32,532 nucleotides of DNA from Octopus bimaculoides (GCF_001194135.2 NC_069003.1:15457090-15489621), one strand, 5' to 3'; numbered from the stretch's first letter, positions 11,778 through 23,468 are shown. The notes: a model not told the origin generated them from the letters alone. Numbers and translations: made by a program.

Positions 11778-11891
11778 TCTACCGGTCATTTGCTACAACA
11801 TCTGTCCGTGTTCGGACTATCGCTGCACAGGGGCCACCCGGAATCTCGCTTTCGCCATGAACAGGAATTAACCTTCTCCCTTCGTTCATTT
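11778..11891 (+). pseudogene. C-terminal stub of a Neptune-like PLE GIY-YIG domain
   Basis: STGHLLQHLSVFGLSLHRGHPESRFRHEQELTFSL matches the GHS..DLSV.GL...R...EQ.L.F.L pattern and begins directly after a (CA)n tract. Confidence 0.6.
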
Positions 11892-11899
11892 ACTACCTC

Positions 11900-12042
11900 A
11901 CTTCAAATGATTCCACCTCACACAGATTCCCACACACCTCACGCATTCACCTGCCCCTCTCCTCACACACCTGCATTTCGCCTACCTCATTGTTCTCACC
12001 ACGCACACACCACTATATAACTCATTATTCACTTCACACACC

Positions 12043-12092
<50 letters not shown>

Positions 12093-12895
12093 ACTTTCCA
12101 CTCCACTGTTCAACTCATTACTCACTTCACACACCATTACACACACACCCACAAACACCTTCCCACTCCACACAAACTCGCACCCAACACTTCTCAGCAC
12201 CCGCATCACACTCCATTATCTACATATCTATACACCATTTGTCCACATACCCTTCAATAGCGTCCACACACATAGCTTATAGGAGCTTCCTTACACACTG
12301 TACAACTCAGCACATACATCACACACCATCATGCACACTCACACACCCACGCAAGCACATTATGCCTGAACATAGACAATATATACACACACACGCAATA
12401 CGCATAGACATAGATAACTTTCGCCCACACACATATACTATACACATGCATACTATATGTTCACAGTCATACACACATACACACACATACATACACCACC
12501 TGAACAAGCACATATTAATTGCTATACACAAGTATTTGCACACGAACACACACAAATGCACAAAGCACACATCACTCTACACAACACATACACTAGGTTA
12601 CTTGTACACATATACTCACACCTAGACCAATGCGTTTGCATACACGGGATAATTGCACACATACATACATACGTCCATATGCACACCCTCGTACATACCA
12701 TTTAATGTAACACATATCACTCCACATAATGTACGCACTGGGTCACTTACACACATATACACACAAGGGTCAACATATTTTTTCAGCTCGCTCACAAATA
12801 CATATTCCTATACTCACCCCCATTCATACATACACACTCACACACACCATTATCATATACACACTCACACACACCATTATCATATACACACGCGT
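11900..12895. repeat. Degenerate CA-rich low-complexity tract with short internal tandem duplications
   Basis: ACTCATTA(T/C)TCACTTCACACACCATTACACAC occurs twice (about 12020 and 12115) and CATATACACACTCACACACACCATTAT occurs about twice (12826-12890). Confidence 0.85.
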
Positions 12896-13200
12896 GTGAG
12901 AGAGTAAATTCGTTTGGCCTGATCACCGTAACTATCTCCTTTTCATTCAGCGTTCTTCTGACTATTTAGTCATGTTGAAACTTGAGTCTCTAAAAAAATA
13001 TTTATTATGCGTTTTTTTTTTTTTCACTCTCCTTTTTTCCTCTTAATATTTTCTGAGTGGTAAACTAATACTCATGCTTGCTATTCTTACACCTCTCTTC
13101 GTCTTTTGTTTTCTGTAAATATATATATATATAACAGTATCATTCAGTCTGCTACAATGGATCCATAAACACGTATAAAACATCCAAGGGTATATCTTTC

Positions 13201-13283
13201 CCTTCTGAAAATATTATGTTCAGGTCATATAAATTTAATATTTACTAAATATTTACTAAGTATTAATTGAAACAGCTGTAAGG
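13201..13283 (+). ncRNA. Hammerhead ribozyme relic with long AT-rich stem II region
   Basis: CTT | CTGAAAA (G8A) ... GAAA-CAGCT-GTA | AGG. Stem III is the perfect palindrome ACAGCTGT, and the stem II region contains a tandem ATATTTACTAA duplication. Confidence 0.5.
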
Positions 13284-13993
13284 CTGATTATTTATTTGCT
13301 GTTAATAATAAACAATTATCAACTTCCAAATCTCCATTTTCTTTTATCATGTATTTGTGTGTGTGTGTCCGTGTATGTGTGTTTGTGCGTGTATGTGTGT
13401 GTTGTATGTGTGTGCGTGTGTTTTTTGTGTGTGTCCAAGTAAGTGTATGTATATAGATGCATATGTGTGCGAGCATGTATGTGGGCCTGTACTTAAAGAT
13501 CAGCCAAGGACAATCGCAAGCGCAACCAACCATGAAGAACAAATCAGTACCAAGAAATGAAATGCCAATCCTTTTAACAGTAGCGAGACCAGCATCCTAC
13601 TGCATCCACACATTCAAAGCTGTTTACTAGCGTACCTTCACCTACAACGACAGAAAAGATGCTCTTGAAGTCGAGAATTTGAATTAACGCGGAAATATTC
13701 ATATATCGCCTGAGGAAACACAACTAGATCTCAGAATGCAGAGAAACGGTTACATAACCAAATATCTGTAAGCCTGGAGAACTACGTTGCGTAGAAACAA
13801 TTGTAGTGATTGCAAATAAATGTTCAATTGTACTCCTTGTTCACTCCAATTTATTGAATTCTACAGATCCTAAACGCAAATCTGGAAGTACGTATAATAC
13901 AACTATTGGATAGCACAGTGTAAATCTGAAGGTGGACAAGCTTTATACTGTACTCTGCGACGTTCTTAACACAATGTAACGTAACTATAAATA

Positions 13994-14031
<38 letters not shown>

Positions 14032-14370
14032 TGTGTGCGTGTGTGTCTGTGTGTTTCTGTGTGTGTGTNNNNNNNNNNNNNNNNNNNNNNNNNNNNNNNN
14101 NNNNNNNNNNNNNNNNNNNNNNNNNNNNNNNNNNNNNNNNNNNNNNNNNNNNNNNNNNNNNNNNNNNNNNNNNNNNNNNNNNNNNNNNNNNNNNNNNNNN
14201 NNNNNNNNNNNNNNNNNNNNNNNNNNNNNNNNNNNNNNNNNNNNNNNNNNNNNNNNNNNNNNNNNNNNNNNNNNNNNNNNNNNNNNNNNNNNNNNNNNNN
14301 NNNNNNNNNNNNNNNNNNNNNNNNNNNNNNNNNNNNNNNNNNNNNNNNNNNNNNNNNNNCAGATGTCGTA

Positions 14371-14470
14371 ATGATGGCAGAGGAACGTGAAATGAAGTGT
14401 TTTGCTCAAAGACACAACCTACATCTCTATCCGGGAATCGAACCCATGGCCTAAGTCACAAACCATTAGG
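14371..14470 (-). mobile_element. SINE family C (tRNA head plus CORE-like domain), fragment
   Basis: The reverse complement reads GGGTTCGATTCCCGG...TTGTGTCTTTGAGCAAAACACTTCATTTCACG, as in the copies at 26956 and 31801. Confidence 0.65.
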
Positions 14471-14640
14471 TCACATATTTATTCATCAAGTTGTGAGATA
14501 AATTCGTTAGTCTTTTGTTCCTTTTTTTCTGCTTGGCACCGCATCTTCATATATCCGAAAAGATGTAAAATTTATTCAAATTTTAAAAGCGAGGGTCAAA
14601 AGTTGTAAAGTAAGAACAGAATTACAAAAACATAAAACAG

Positions 14641-15050
14641 TATCTTTTATTCTTTTACTTGTTTCAGTTATTTGACTGCGGCCATGCTAGAGCACAGCCT
14701 TGAAATTTTAGTCGAATATATCGACTCCAGTACTTATTTTTTTAAAGCCTGGTACTTACTCTATTGATATATTTTGCTGAACCGCTAAGTTACGCGGACG
14801 TAAACACACTAGCACTGCTGATCAGGCGGTAGTGGTGGGGGACACAAAAATACGCACGTATAGACATATATGTGTATGTATTCATCTATACCACGGGTTT
14901 CTTTCAGTTTCCGTCTACTAAATCCACTCACAAAGCTTTGGTCGGCCCTAGGCTTGAGTAGAAGACAATTACTGATGGTGCTCCGCAGTGGGACTGAACT
15001 CTGAATCATGTGGTTAAGAAGCAAGCTTCTTACCACACAACCACGTCTAC
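14641..15050 (-). mobile_element. SINE family A, full length
   Basis: The reverse complement runs from head GTAGACGTGGTTGTGTGGTAAGAAGCTTGC...GAGTTCAGTCCCACTG to tail GAAACAAGTAAAAGAATAAAAGATA. Confidence 0.9.
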
Positions 15051-15334
15051 GATAAAAATATTTTGGTATAAATGCAATAATATTGGAAAAGATTAAAATA
15101 AAGGCATAAAACAAAACGAACGAATTCATCTGACTACGTTAGATGTTGAGTGTCTTGGCTGCAAGGACAAACAATGCAGTGGCGTCCGTTACAGGATTCG
15201 AAACAGCAATCCTCAACTCCCTACCGTGAAATGACAGTAAAGTGTCATGATCATCGATAGATCAACACAACAGGAAATGACAAAATCAATCTAACTGATT
15301 GGATAATATTTTGTTAAACAAAAATTACCCAATA

Positions 15335-16230
15335 TCAGCAGTAGCATGATCAGCACCACCACCAACAGCACCACCATCATTAATACCATCATTACCACCC
15401 ACCACCATCGCCATCACTACACACATCACCATCATTACTATCATCAACAACATTATCACAAACGCTAACCCTCACCCTACCACCACTTACTGACCACCAC
15501 TGTCACCACCACCACCAACAACAACAACCACTGACACCAATATCAGCCAATACCACCACCAAAACTATCAACAATACCAACATAAAAAAGCAACATAATT
15601 CCAACAATTATCACTCTAGCACCACCACCGCTACCACCATCACCACCACCACCCCCGCCACCACAAAGAAGAACAACAACAGCAACCAGCAACAAGGTCA
15701 ACAGTAAACACCACCAATAGATCTTCTCGGCACGGCCTCCACCGCGAGCAGGACACTTTTGAAACCAGTGTAACTCCTACCATGACCATCACTGCCGCCA
15801 AAACCACCACCAAGTCTATCTTCAACCATCATAACCATCACATCCTTACCGCCACCTCCATCACCTCCACAACACTCATCAGAACTACTACAACCAACAC
15901 AACTATCGCCACCACCATCACCAATCAGGACTCTCACTGTGTTATGACCACGACGACTACCAAAACTGTCATTAGAACTACTACCATCACCACCACCACC
16001 ACAACCACCACCACCATCAGAACCACTACCACAACCACAAACAACAATACCAACAATATCAAGACCTCCCACCTCCATCACAAATCTTATGACAGTCACC
16101 ATGAAATGATGAAACACTTCATGATTTCCCACTATAGTCACACGCACGCCACCACCATCATCGCCACCATCATCATCATCATCATTACCATCGCCACCCA
16201 TCGCTGCCGACGCCATCACTATCACCACCC
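15335..16230. repeat. Degenerate (ACC/ATC/AAC)n trinucleotide low-complexity tract
   Basis: About 900 bp dominated by CAC/CAT/CAA triplets. Confidence 0.85.
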
Positions 16231-16323
16231 ACCTGCTCTGCGAGAAATGTCACGATTTTGGCAAAATTTGTAAAAGGTCAGACGATACAAGAACAATGGA
16301 GAACCGCTAGAGCTATATGGGAG

Positions 16324-16344
16324 CCGGAAGTCACGTGAATCCGG
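16324..16344. promoter_or_regulatory. Symmetric ETS / E-box / ETS motif CCGGAAGTCACGTGAATCCGG
   Basis: Motif match only; no transcript or promoter context is visible. Confidence 0.2.
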
Positions 16345-16487
16345 GTATTTCATAAATCATATTTCACTTGTCTTGTTGATAATATATTCTGGTAGCAGTG
16401 TGTGTATGTTTGTATGCGCATGTATTTATCTGTGTATGCATGTGCATATGTATATATATATTTATATATAATTAACTACATGTGTAG

Positions 16488-16535
<48 letters not shown>

Positions 16536-16746
16536 NNNNNNNNNNNNNNNNNNNNNNNNNNNNNNNNNNNNNNNNNNNNNNNNNNNNNNNNNNNNNNNNN
16601 NNNNNNNNNNNNNNNNNNNNNNNNNNNNNNNNNNNNNNNNNNNNNNNNNNNNNNNNNNNNNNNNNNNNNNNNNNNNNNNNNNNNNNNNNNNNNNNNNNNN
16701 NNNNNNNNNNNNNNNNNNNNNNNNNNNNNNNNNNNNNNNNNNNNNN

Positions 16747-16802
<56 letters not shown>

Positions 16803-17024
16803 TCTTAGTTTTCTTCCACTTTCCTCAGTATGGAATAAGACCCGGTTTCTAACATAGAAACAGAACTCTTTCGTTAGAAATTAGACAACATCAACAGGGT
16901 GGTCTTGTATCAGATTTATTTAAGTTCTTCTAGTTCAAGCTGGTCACTAACAAAGTGACAAGAATTTTAGAGTTAGGGTAGTTCTTGAGGTTTGTAAGCA
17001 TGTTGTTGAGTCAGTAAGTAGGTA

Positions 17025-17085
17025 TGAGGGGATACTGAAAAGTTCCTGACACTCTTAAAGCCAGGAACTCTTCAGCACCCCCTCG
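17025..17085. mobile_element. 61-bp mariner-type mini-MITE (two TIRs plus a 13-bp spacer)
   Basis: TGAGGGGATACTGAAAAGTTCCTG and CAGGAACTCTTCAGCACCCCCTCG are 20/24 complementary. They are flanked by TA (17023-24) and TG, and the TA|CGAGGG terminus is typical of mariners. Confidence 0.75.
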
Positions 17086-17199
17086 TGTATGCACCTGCGC
17101 TTATGTTCCGTGTGAACCTGCCTTTTTTGTCTTTAGTGTCGTGATGTTTCATTATGTTTCATATGCGTATCAATGGGCCAAGATTTGAAATAATTCGGG

Positions 17200-18657
17200 A
17201 GGGTGTTTTTTTTTGTTTTTGTTTTGCTTTATTTGTTTTAATATCGTATAGAGAGGAAACCTGCCGAGCGGCAGCCAGTCACCTAGGGCAGGCATTGTAA
17301 CGCTACTGTCCGGCCTTGTCAGGTCTTTGCAAAATACAAAGGTTTTCAGTATATTGATTATGAGGACAACGTAGAGTGTGAGCTGCAATGTTTAGTTCTA
17401 CTTCTTTGCATTTCGTATTCGTTTTTAGTCTTTTTGTTGAGTCTTGTTTTTAAAGATCATTAAGTGTTCCAATTACAATTGTTATTGTTTCCATTTCCAC
17501 GTGCCATTTTCTGCTTATTTCAATTTCAAAACCTTCACAAGTTTATCATATTCTTCGTCGCACATTTTTACCAGGTGGAATAGACGTAATTATAATTGCG
17601 TAGGTCTTATTTTTTTAGTCTGTTTAACCATAAATAGTTGATATTTAATTATGTGATTAGTATATACTATAAAGTCCCAAAGGATGCTAATTTCGTCACT
17701 TTCAACTATTGTTTTAGGCTTATGTTCATAGCAGTTTTTCGTTTATTCAGTCCCGAAGCTGTTGCACGAAGTCCAGTGAATGATTTAACCAAATCTGTCA
17801 TGTCTAGCCTTGTATTCGATTGGAGCCATGGTTGAGCTTCCAAATACTCACTCTATAGTCAATAGTTAAATCGTGGACATCACAGACTTGCACGTTGAGC
17901 TGGCTCCGTTTTTGAAGATGTTAGCTTGATAATTGTTTGTGTATAGCCTTGCCCTAGACAGCAAGAATTAATCCATTTGCTTCTGTCATCAATCCTGAAC
18001 TCCGCAGTTACTGATGCGTTTTTGATCGGTGCACAACAGCTTCCTTGATGTGGAGTGGGCATTGTCCGTTTCTGCTGTAATCTATATTTCAAGCTTTCCA
18101 GTCTTTCTGTTTTTGCTGTCTTCCAATGCATTTTGCCTGCCTTTCTTAACGTTCTCTATTTCAGCAATATGTAACTTTGCTCTACATTCCCCAGCTTCTT
18201 TGTTCACAGAACAGAGTTTTTTCTGGAATTCACGTTCTCTCAGAGTTATCCTCATCCAATGTCTGGCCTTTCTCAAGTACTTCTGCGAGCAACTGTGGTT
18301 CTTTTCTAGGAGAGTTCTAGTTGAATCAGTCCTCTTCCATCGTCTTTCCTTGACAGACAGAGGCAGTTTATGTCTGAATGGTGCATTTTATTGGCAGTTA
18401 GAAGCATTCCTGTGTCTATTATTTGTAGGTCAGCTAGGTTCCATTTGAGGACATTGAAACTACAGATATTGTTAAGGTGTTTAATAGTTTATATGCGGTT
18501 CATGAAGATCAATTCATTTTTCAGGACCAGTCTTACTCTTCTGTAGTTCACCTGCAACTCTTCTCCTTCATTTGAGTGTGTAGAATACCAACGCACATAT
18601 TAACGCCTGAAGATTCCCAGAACCCAGTGTTTGCATGTTTGCCAAAACTTGAAACAA
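17200..18657 (-). mobile_element. Decayed, 5'-truncated R4/Dong-like RLE non-LTR retrotransposon (RT end, Zn-knuckle region, RLE, 3' UTR, A-rich tail)
   Basis: Colinear motifs across stops and frameshifts: QTCKH..LGI; GILHTQMKEK; YRRVRLVLKNEL; HHSDINCLCLSRKDDGRGLIQLE; KTHQ*LRSSGLMTEANGLILAV; NYQANIFKNGA; APIEYKARHDRFG*IIHW; YEHKPKTIVESDEISILWDF; EIEISRKWH...IVIGTL; AHTLR. These are followed by AATAAAGCAAAACAAAAAC. Confidence 0.85.

Positions 18658-18658
<1 letters not shown>

Positions 18659-18722
<64 letters not shown>
18659..18722. repeat. (TTA)n microsatellite abutting the 5'-truncated end of the R4/Dong-like element
   Basis: About 21 perfect triplets. Confidence 0.95.
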
Positions 18723-18725
<3 letters not shown>

Positions 18726-19457
18726 TCGTCTACTTGTATAACGTGCTTTCACTGCACTACCGATCTCTCTCNNNNNNNNNNNNNNNNNNNNNNNNNNNNN
18801 NNNNNNNNNNNNNNNNNNNNNNNNNNNNNNNNNNNNNNNNNNNNNNNNNNNNNNNNNNNNNNNNNNNNNNNNNNNNNNNNNNNNNNNNNNNNNNNNNNNN
18901 NNNNNNNNNNNNNNNNNNNNNNNNNNNNNNNNNNNNNNNNNNNNNNNNNNNNNNNNNNNNNNNNNNNNNNNNNNNNNNNNNNNNNNNNNNNNNNNNNNNN
19001 NNNNNNNNNNNNNNNNNNNNNNNNNNNNNNNNNNNNNNNNNNNNNNNNNNNNNNNNNNNNNNNNNNNNNNNNNNNNNNNNNNNNNNNNNNNNNNNNNNNN
19101 NNNNNNNNNNNNNNNNNNNNNNNNNNNNNNNNNNNNNNNNNNNNNNNNNNNNNNNNNNNNNNNNNNNNNNNNNNNNNNNNNNNNNNNNNNNNNNNNNNNN
19201 NNNNNNNNNNNNNNNNNNNNNNNNNNNNNNNNNNNNNNNNNNNNNNNNNNNNNNNNNNNNNNNNNNNNNNNNNNNNNNNNNNNNNNNNNNNNNNNNNNNN
19301 NNNNNNNNNNNNNNNNNNNNNNNNNNNNNNNNNNNNNNNNNNNNTATATATATATGTGTATGTATGCATGTATGTATGCATGTATGTATGTATGTATGCA
19401 TGTATGCATGCATGTATGCATGTATGTATGCATGTATGTATGCATGTATTTATGTGT

Positions 19458-19665
19458 GTGTGTTTGTCCCCATCACCATTGCTTGACAATCAATGTTGGT
19501 GTGTTAATGTGTCCCTGTAACTTAGCTTTTCAGCAGAAGAGTCTGATAGAGTAAAGCACCAGGCTTACAAGGAATAAGTCCAGGGGTCAATTTTTTCGGC
19601 TAATGTGTGGTGTTCCAGTATGGTCACCGTCGAATGACTGAAACTAGTAAAAGAATAAAAGAGTA
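19458..19665 (+). mobile_element. SINE family A, tail half (head probably in or beyond the gap)
   Basis: TTTGTCCCC...GCTTGACAA...GTAACTTAGC...GACTGAAACTAGTAAAAGAATAAAAGAG. Confidence 0.8.
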
Positions 19666-19868
19666 CGAGAAAAACGTTCCGTACCACTAAACCAAGAGGG
19701 TTTTCTGAATATGTACGATGCATTTTAAGACTAAATAGTAATTATGTTTACCTTTGCGTAAGTGAGATATTTTGGTTGGATTATATAGTTATAGATTTTA
19801 CATTTCTTTCTCTATGCTGCAACTGTTGCCATATACTTTTCTGTTATAGGCACAAGACCTGAAATTTT

Positions 19869-19870
<2 letters not shown>

Positions 19871-19936
<66 letters not shown>

Positions 19937-19950
19937 AAAAATAATAATAA
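19871..19950. repeat. Compound (AAT)n(GAT)n microsatellite
   Basis: Read directly from the sequence. Confidence 0.95.
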
Positions 19951-20056
19951 TAACTTGCTGGACCCGTCGAAAATTCACGGAAAATATTAAAAATGTAAGC
20001 CTCTGTAAATTGCGTGCTGGTACCATGAGAAATGTTTCTATGTTGTGATAGTTAAA

Positions 20057-20268
20057 GACGGTGAGCGGGCAGAACCGTTAGCACGCCGGGCGAAATGCTT
20101 AGCGGTATTTCGTCTGTTTTTATGTTCTGAGTTCAAATTCTGCCGAGGTCGACTTTGCCTTTCATCCTCTCGAGATAGATAAATGAAGTACCAGTTGCGT
20201 ACTAGGGTCGATCTAATCGACTGGCCCCATCCCCCAAAATTTCGGGCCTTGTGCCTAGAGTAGAAAAG

Positions 20269-20361
<93 letters not shown>

Positions 20362-20792
20362 GTGAGCTGGCAGAATCGTTTGAGTGTTAGACAAGCTGCT
20401 TAGCAGCATTTCGTCCGTTTTGGTGCTCTGAGTTCATATTCCACCGATGTCGACATGGCCTTTCATCATAAAGTACCAGTTGAGTACTAAGGTCGATCCA
20501 ATCGACGTATCCCCTCCCCGATGTTGCTGGCCTTGTGCCAAAATTTGAAATCATTATTATAATTATAAATTATGAATAAGGCGGTGAGCTGGCAGAACCG
20601 TTAAGGCGCACCGGCAAAATACTTAGCGGTATTTCGTCCATCCTTACATTCTGAGTTCAAATTCCGCTAAGGTCGACTTAGTCTTTCATGTTTTCAGGAT
20701 CGTTAAAATATGTACCAATTGAGCACTGGGGTCAATGTAATCGACTTATGCCCTCCCCGAAATTGCTGGTCGTGTGCTAAAATTTGAAGCCA
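20057..20792 (+). mobile_element. Three head-to-tail SINE B copies (20057-20268, 20362-20552, 20580-20792) separated by (ATT)n
   Basis: Each has a GTGAGC(T/G)GGCAGAA head, a CTGAGTTCA(A/T)ATT B-box and a GTACCA(G/A)TTG body. (ATT)n runs lie at 20269-20361 and after 20552. Confidence 0.9.
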
Positions 20793-21616
20793 TTATATTA
20801 TTCTTTCTGTTATTGTTGTTATTACAATTAGTGGCATAATTATTAGTATTGTTATGCATATTGTTAGCATTAAATGATTATTTATCATCACCAATACTAT
20901 CGTTGTCATCATCATCATCATCATCGAAAACAACAAGAATAATAGCAGCTGTAGCAGTTACAGCAGCAATATCAACATTGATCGAGTTTTTGAGAAATAT
21001 TCATCACGTTCAAACACTATTGCACCGCAGTTTGTAATGTCACGAGAAGCGCTGCGATTTCCTGAGACGCCATGTTGTTGTCACTCAAATGCTTTCTCAT
21101 GATTTCGTATCTTTTGCAGTGTTCGTCACGAACAAACGACGACATGATACAGACATTTCGTGGTATCACGATTTATAATGTGGCAATATCTAGTTATATA
21201 ATCGAATATATCCGTTTACATAACTACATAACACATAACACTGAATGAGACTCGGTTTTATAACACGAAACACAGTATACATATATATACATGCATAAAT
21301 ACATACACACATATATATATATANNNNNNNNNNTATATTTATATAATATCCATACACACACCCACACACATGCACAAACACGCACATTCTTGTTCGCGCT
21401 CTCTCTCTCTTTCTCGCACGGTCCTTTATATATATATATATAAATGTATGTATGTTTGCATATATAAGAATGTGTGTGTGTATGTGTGTGTGCACGTGTG
21501 TGTATGTGTGTGTGCACGTGTGTGTGTGTGTGTGTGTGTGTGTTTCCACACGGATTCATATCCGCAAATACGTACATTTTTTGCTACAGGACCATGAAAT
21601 GTCTTGCATTTTTTAC

Positions 21617-21649
<33 letters not shown>

Positions 21650-21939
21650 CATACACACGCGAGCGGATACATATATCCAGGCTTACGTATAGCATGACAC
21701 ATTTTGTTATTGCATAATGAAATACTCTGTATGCATTTTTTAGTTCTTGTTAATACAATGTTATATAATTGTGATATATTGTAGTATATATATATAATTT
21801 AAATAACTTTCTTCTGTCTACTCCGCCCCTGTGAATAAAAGAAACGTTGCAACAACGTGTCAATCCAGATTCATTTCATGACCTCACTATTCCTTGTCGT
21901 GGAAACACTTTTCCCCAGATTCCTCTCTATCTATCACTC

Positions 21940-22067
<128 letters not shown>

Positions 22068-22348
22068 GGTGTAATTATGTATGCATGTGTGTATGCATGT
22101 CGGATCGCTGTGAGTGCCACTAGTAGCATATAGCAATGTCAGATTTTAAACTTAAGAAGTATTGTATATGTTTTATGTTCCAGTTACAGATTCTAGTTTT
22201 AATGTGCGAGATAGCCGGCTGATTCTAGATATTGCCAGTTATCTCTGTAACATTATACAACATAGTGTTCAGCTGATGACCCGTTGTGGTTAAACATCTC
22301 ATTACGATTGGAACATTCAACGCAGAGCTTCCAAGCGACTACCATGTT

Positions 22349-22364
22349 GAAACGTACGTAAGGG
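22349..22364 (+). ncRNA. Hammerhead 3' half-site
   Basis: GAAAC-GTAC-GTA|AGGG with the stem III palindrome ACGTACGT. A CTGATGA at 22273-22279 does not form a canonical stem I with it. Confidence 0.3.
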
Positions 22365-22404
22365 ACAAATTATATAAACTTGTGTTTGTCATAATTTCTG
22401 CTGA

Positions 22405-22440
<36 letters not shown>

Positions 22441-23043
22441 GTGTGTGTGTGTGTGTGTATGTGTGTGTGTGTGTACGTGTGTGTGTGTTTGTGTGTGTAT
22501 GAAACCAGTTTAAATATTATGAAAGGTTTTATAACATGTAAAAGACTTTTAACTGCAGTTTTTCATAGAGAAAAAAATTCTCGCTTGAGATAAAATAGAT
22601 TTCTAAGGTGTTTAGACATCTCAGAGGGCTCTCTATTAGACTGAAGGATACATTTCAAATTTTTTAGTTATGTTTAACACCGGATACCAAATTGAAGCAG
22701 CACTTACCTAACTAGGAGGTGAAGCTCCTTTATAAGACAATAGTCAATATTATTGACTGATAAGCGCTTATTGGCCGCCAGGATAAAACAAATTCGTGAC
22801 TAGATCACGAAGCAGTAACTGAGAGTAAACAACCTTAAAACAAATGTATATATATATATTTGTGTGTGTATGTGTGTATGTATGTATGCATGTGTGTATA
22901 TATATTTATGTATATGCATGTATGTATAGTTTTTAAAAAAATTAATAAAGTTGGGAAAGGCACAGAAGAGAATATTTTATCATTATTATATATGTTCATA
23001 TATACAATAATATGGGGCTAAATATAGAGAATATTTAATAGAA

Positions 23044-23078
23044 TATAACCGGTTTCGATTTATCCACCTTATCAAATA
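23044..23078 (-). ncRNA. Minimal type I hammerhead motif with U3-A8 core variant
   Basis: The reverse complement reads TAT | TTGATAA | GGT-GGATAA-ATC | GAAA-CCGG-TT | ATA, with the stem III palindrome ACCGGT. Confidence 0.55.
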
Positions 23079-23236
23079 GTAGAATTTCTTTTTATGGTGG
23101 GGGTGAGTCAAGGAGAAAAACATGTTTTGGGAGATTTAACAGTGTGTACCCATATTTGAGTTCTTGCTTTAGTCATTCTCTTATAAATGTTTCGTCTATG
23201 TAGGTTTGCGGTGGGGTTCAAGAGTTCAAGTTCCGG

Positions 23237-23372
23237 GGCAAAAGAGACCGATAGAATAAGTACCAGGTCTATTAAAAGTAATAAGTGGGTCGAAACATTC
23301 GGCTGAAAATTCTTCAGTGCGGTGCTCCAGCGTGTCCGCAGTCTAATAACTGAAATAAGTAAACGGTTAAAG
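23237..23372 (+). mobile_element. SINE family A, tail fragment
   Basis: GGCAAAAGAGACCGATAGAATAAGTACCAGG...GCGGTGCTCCAGC...ACTGAAATAAGTAAA. Confidence 0.8.
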
Positions 23373-23384
23373 GTATATATATAT

Positions 23385-23422
23385 AGAGAGAGAGGGGGGG
23401 GAGAGAGAGAAAAAGAGAAAGA

Positions 23423-23468
<46 letters not shown>

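Noticed and set aside
11990-12907. His/Thr-rich ORFs
   Set aside because: They are the product of CA-rich low-complexity DNA.
13705-13755. CTGAGGA...GAAACGGTTA hammerhead-like words and a possible PLE C-terminus at 13500-13700
   Set aside because: There is no stem I or II pairing, and the protein similarity is too weak to call.
15698-16273. Thr/His-rich mucin-like ORF (+) and Gly/Val/Asp-rich ORF (-)
   Set aside because: These are translations of a degenerate trinucleotide tract with no domain or splice context; such repeats are open in several frames.
16800-16960. Minus-strand GAAAC-CGG-GTC half-site in an unassigned repeat-like block
   Set aside because: No CUGANGA-type core lies at a compatible position.
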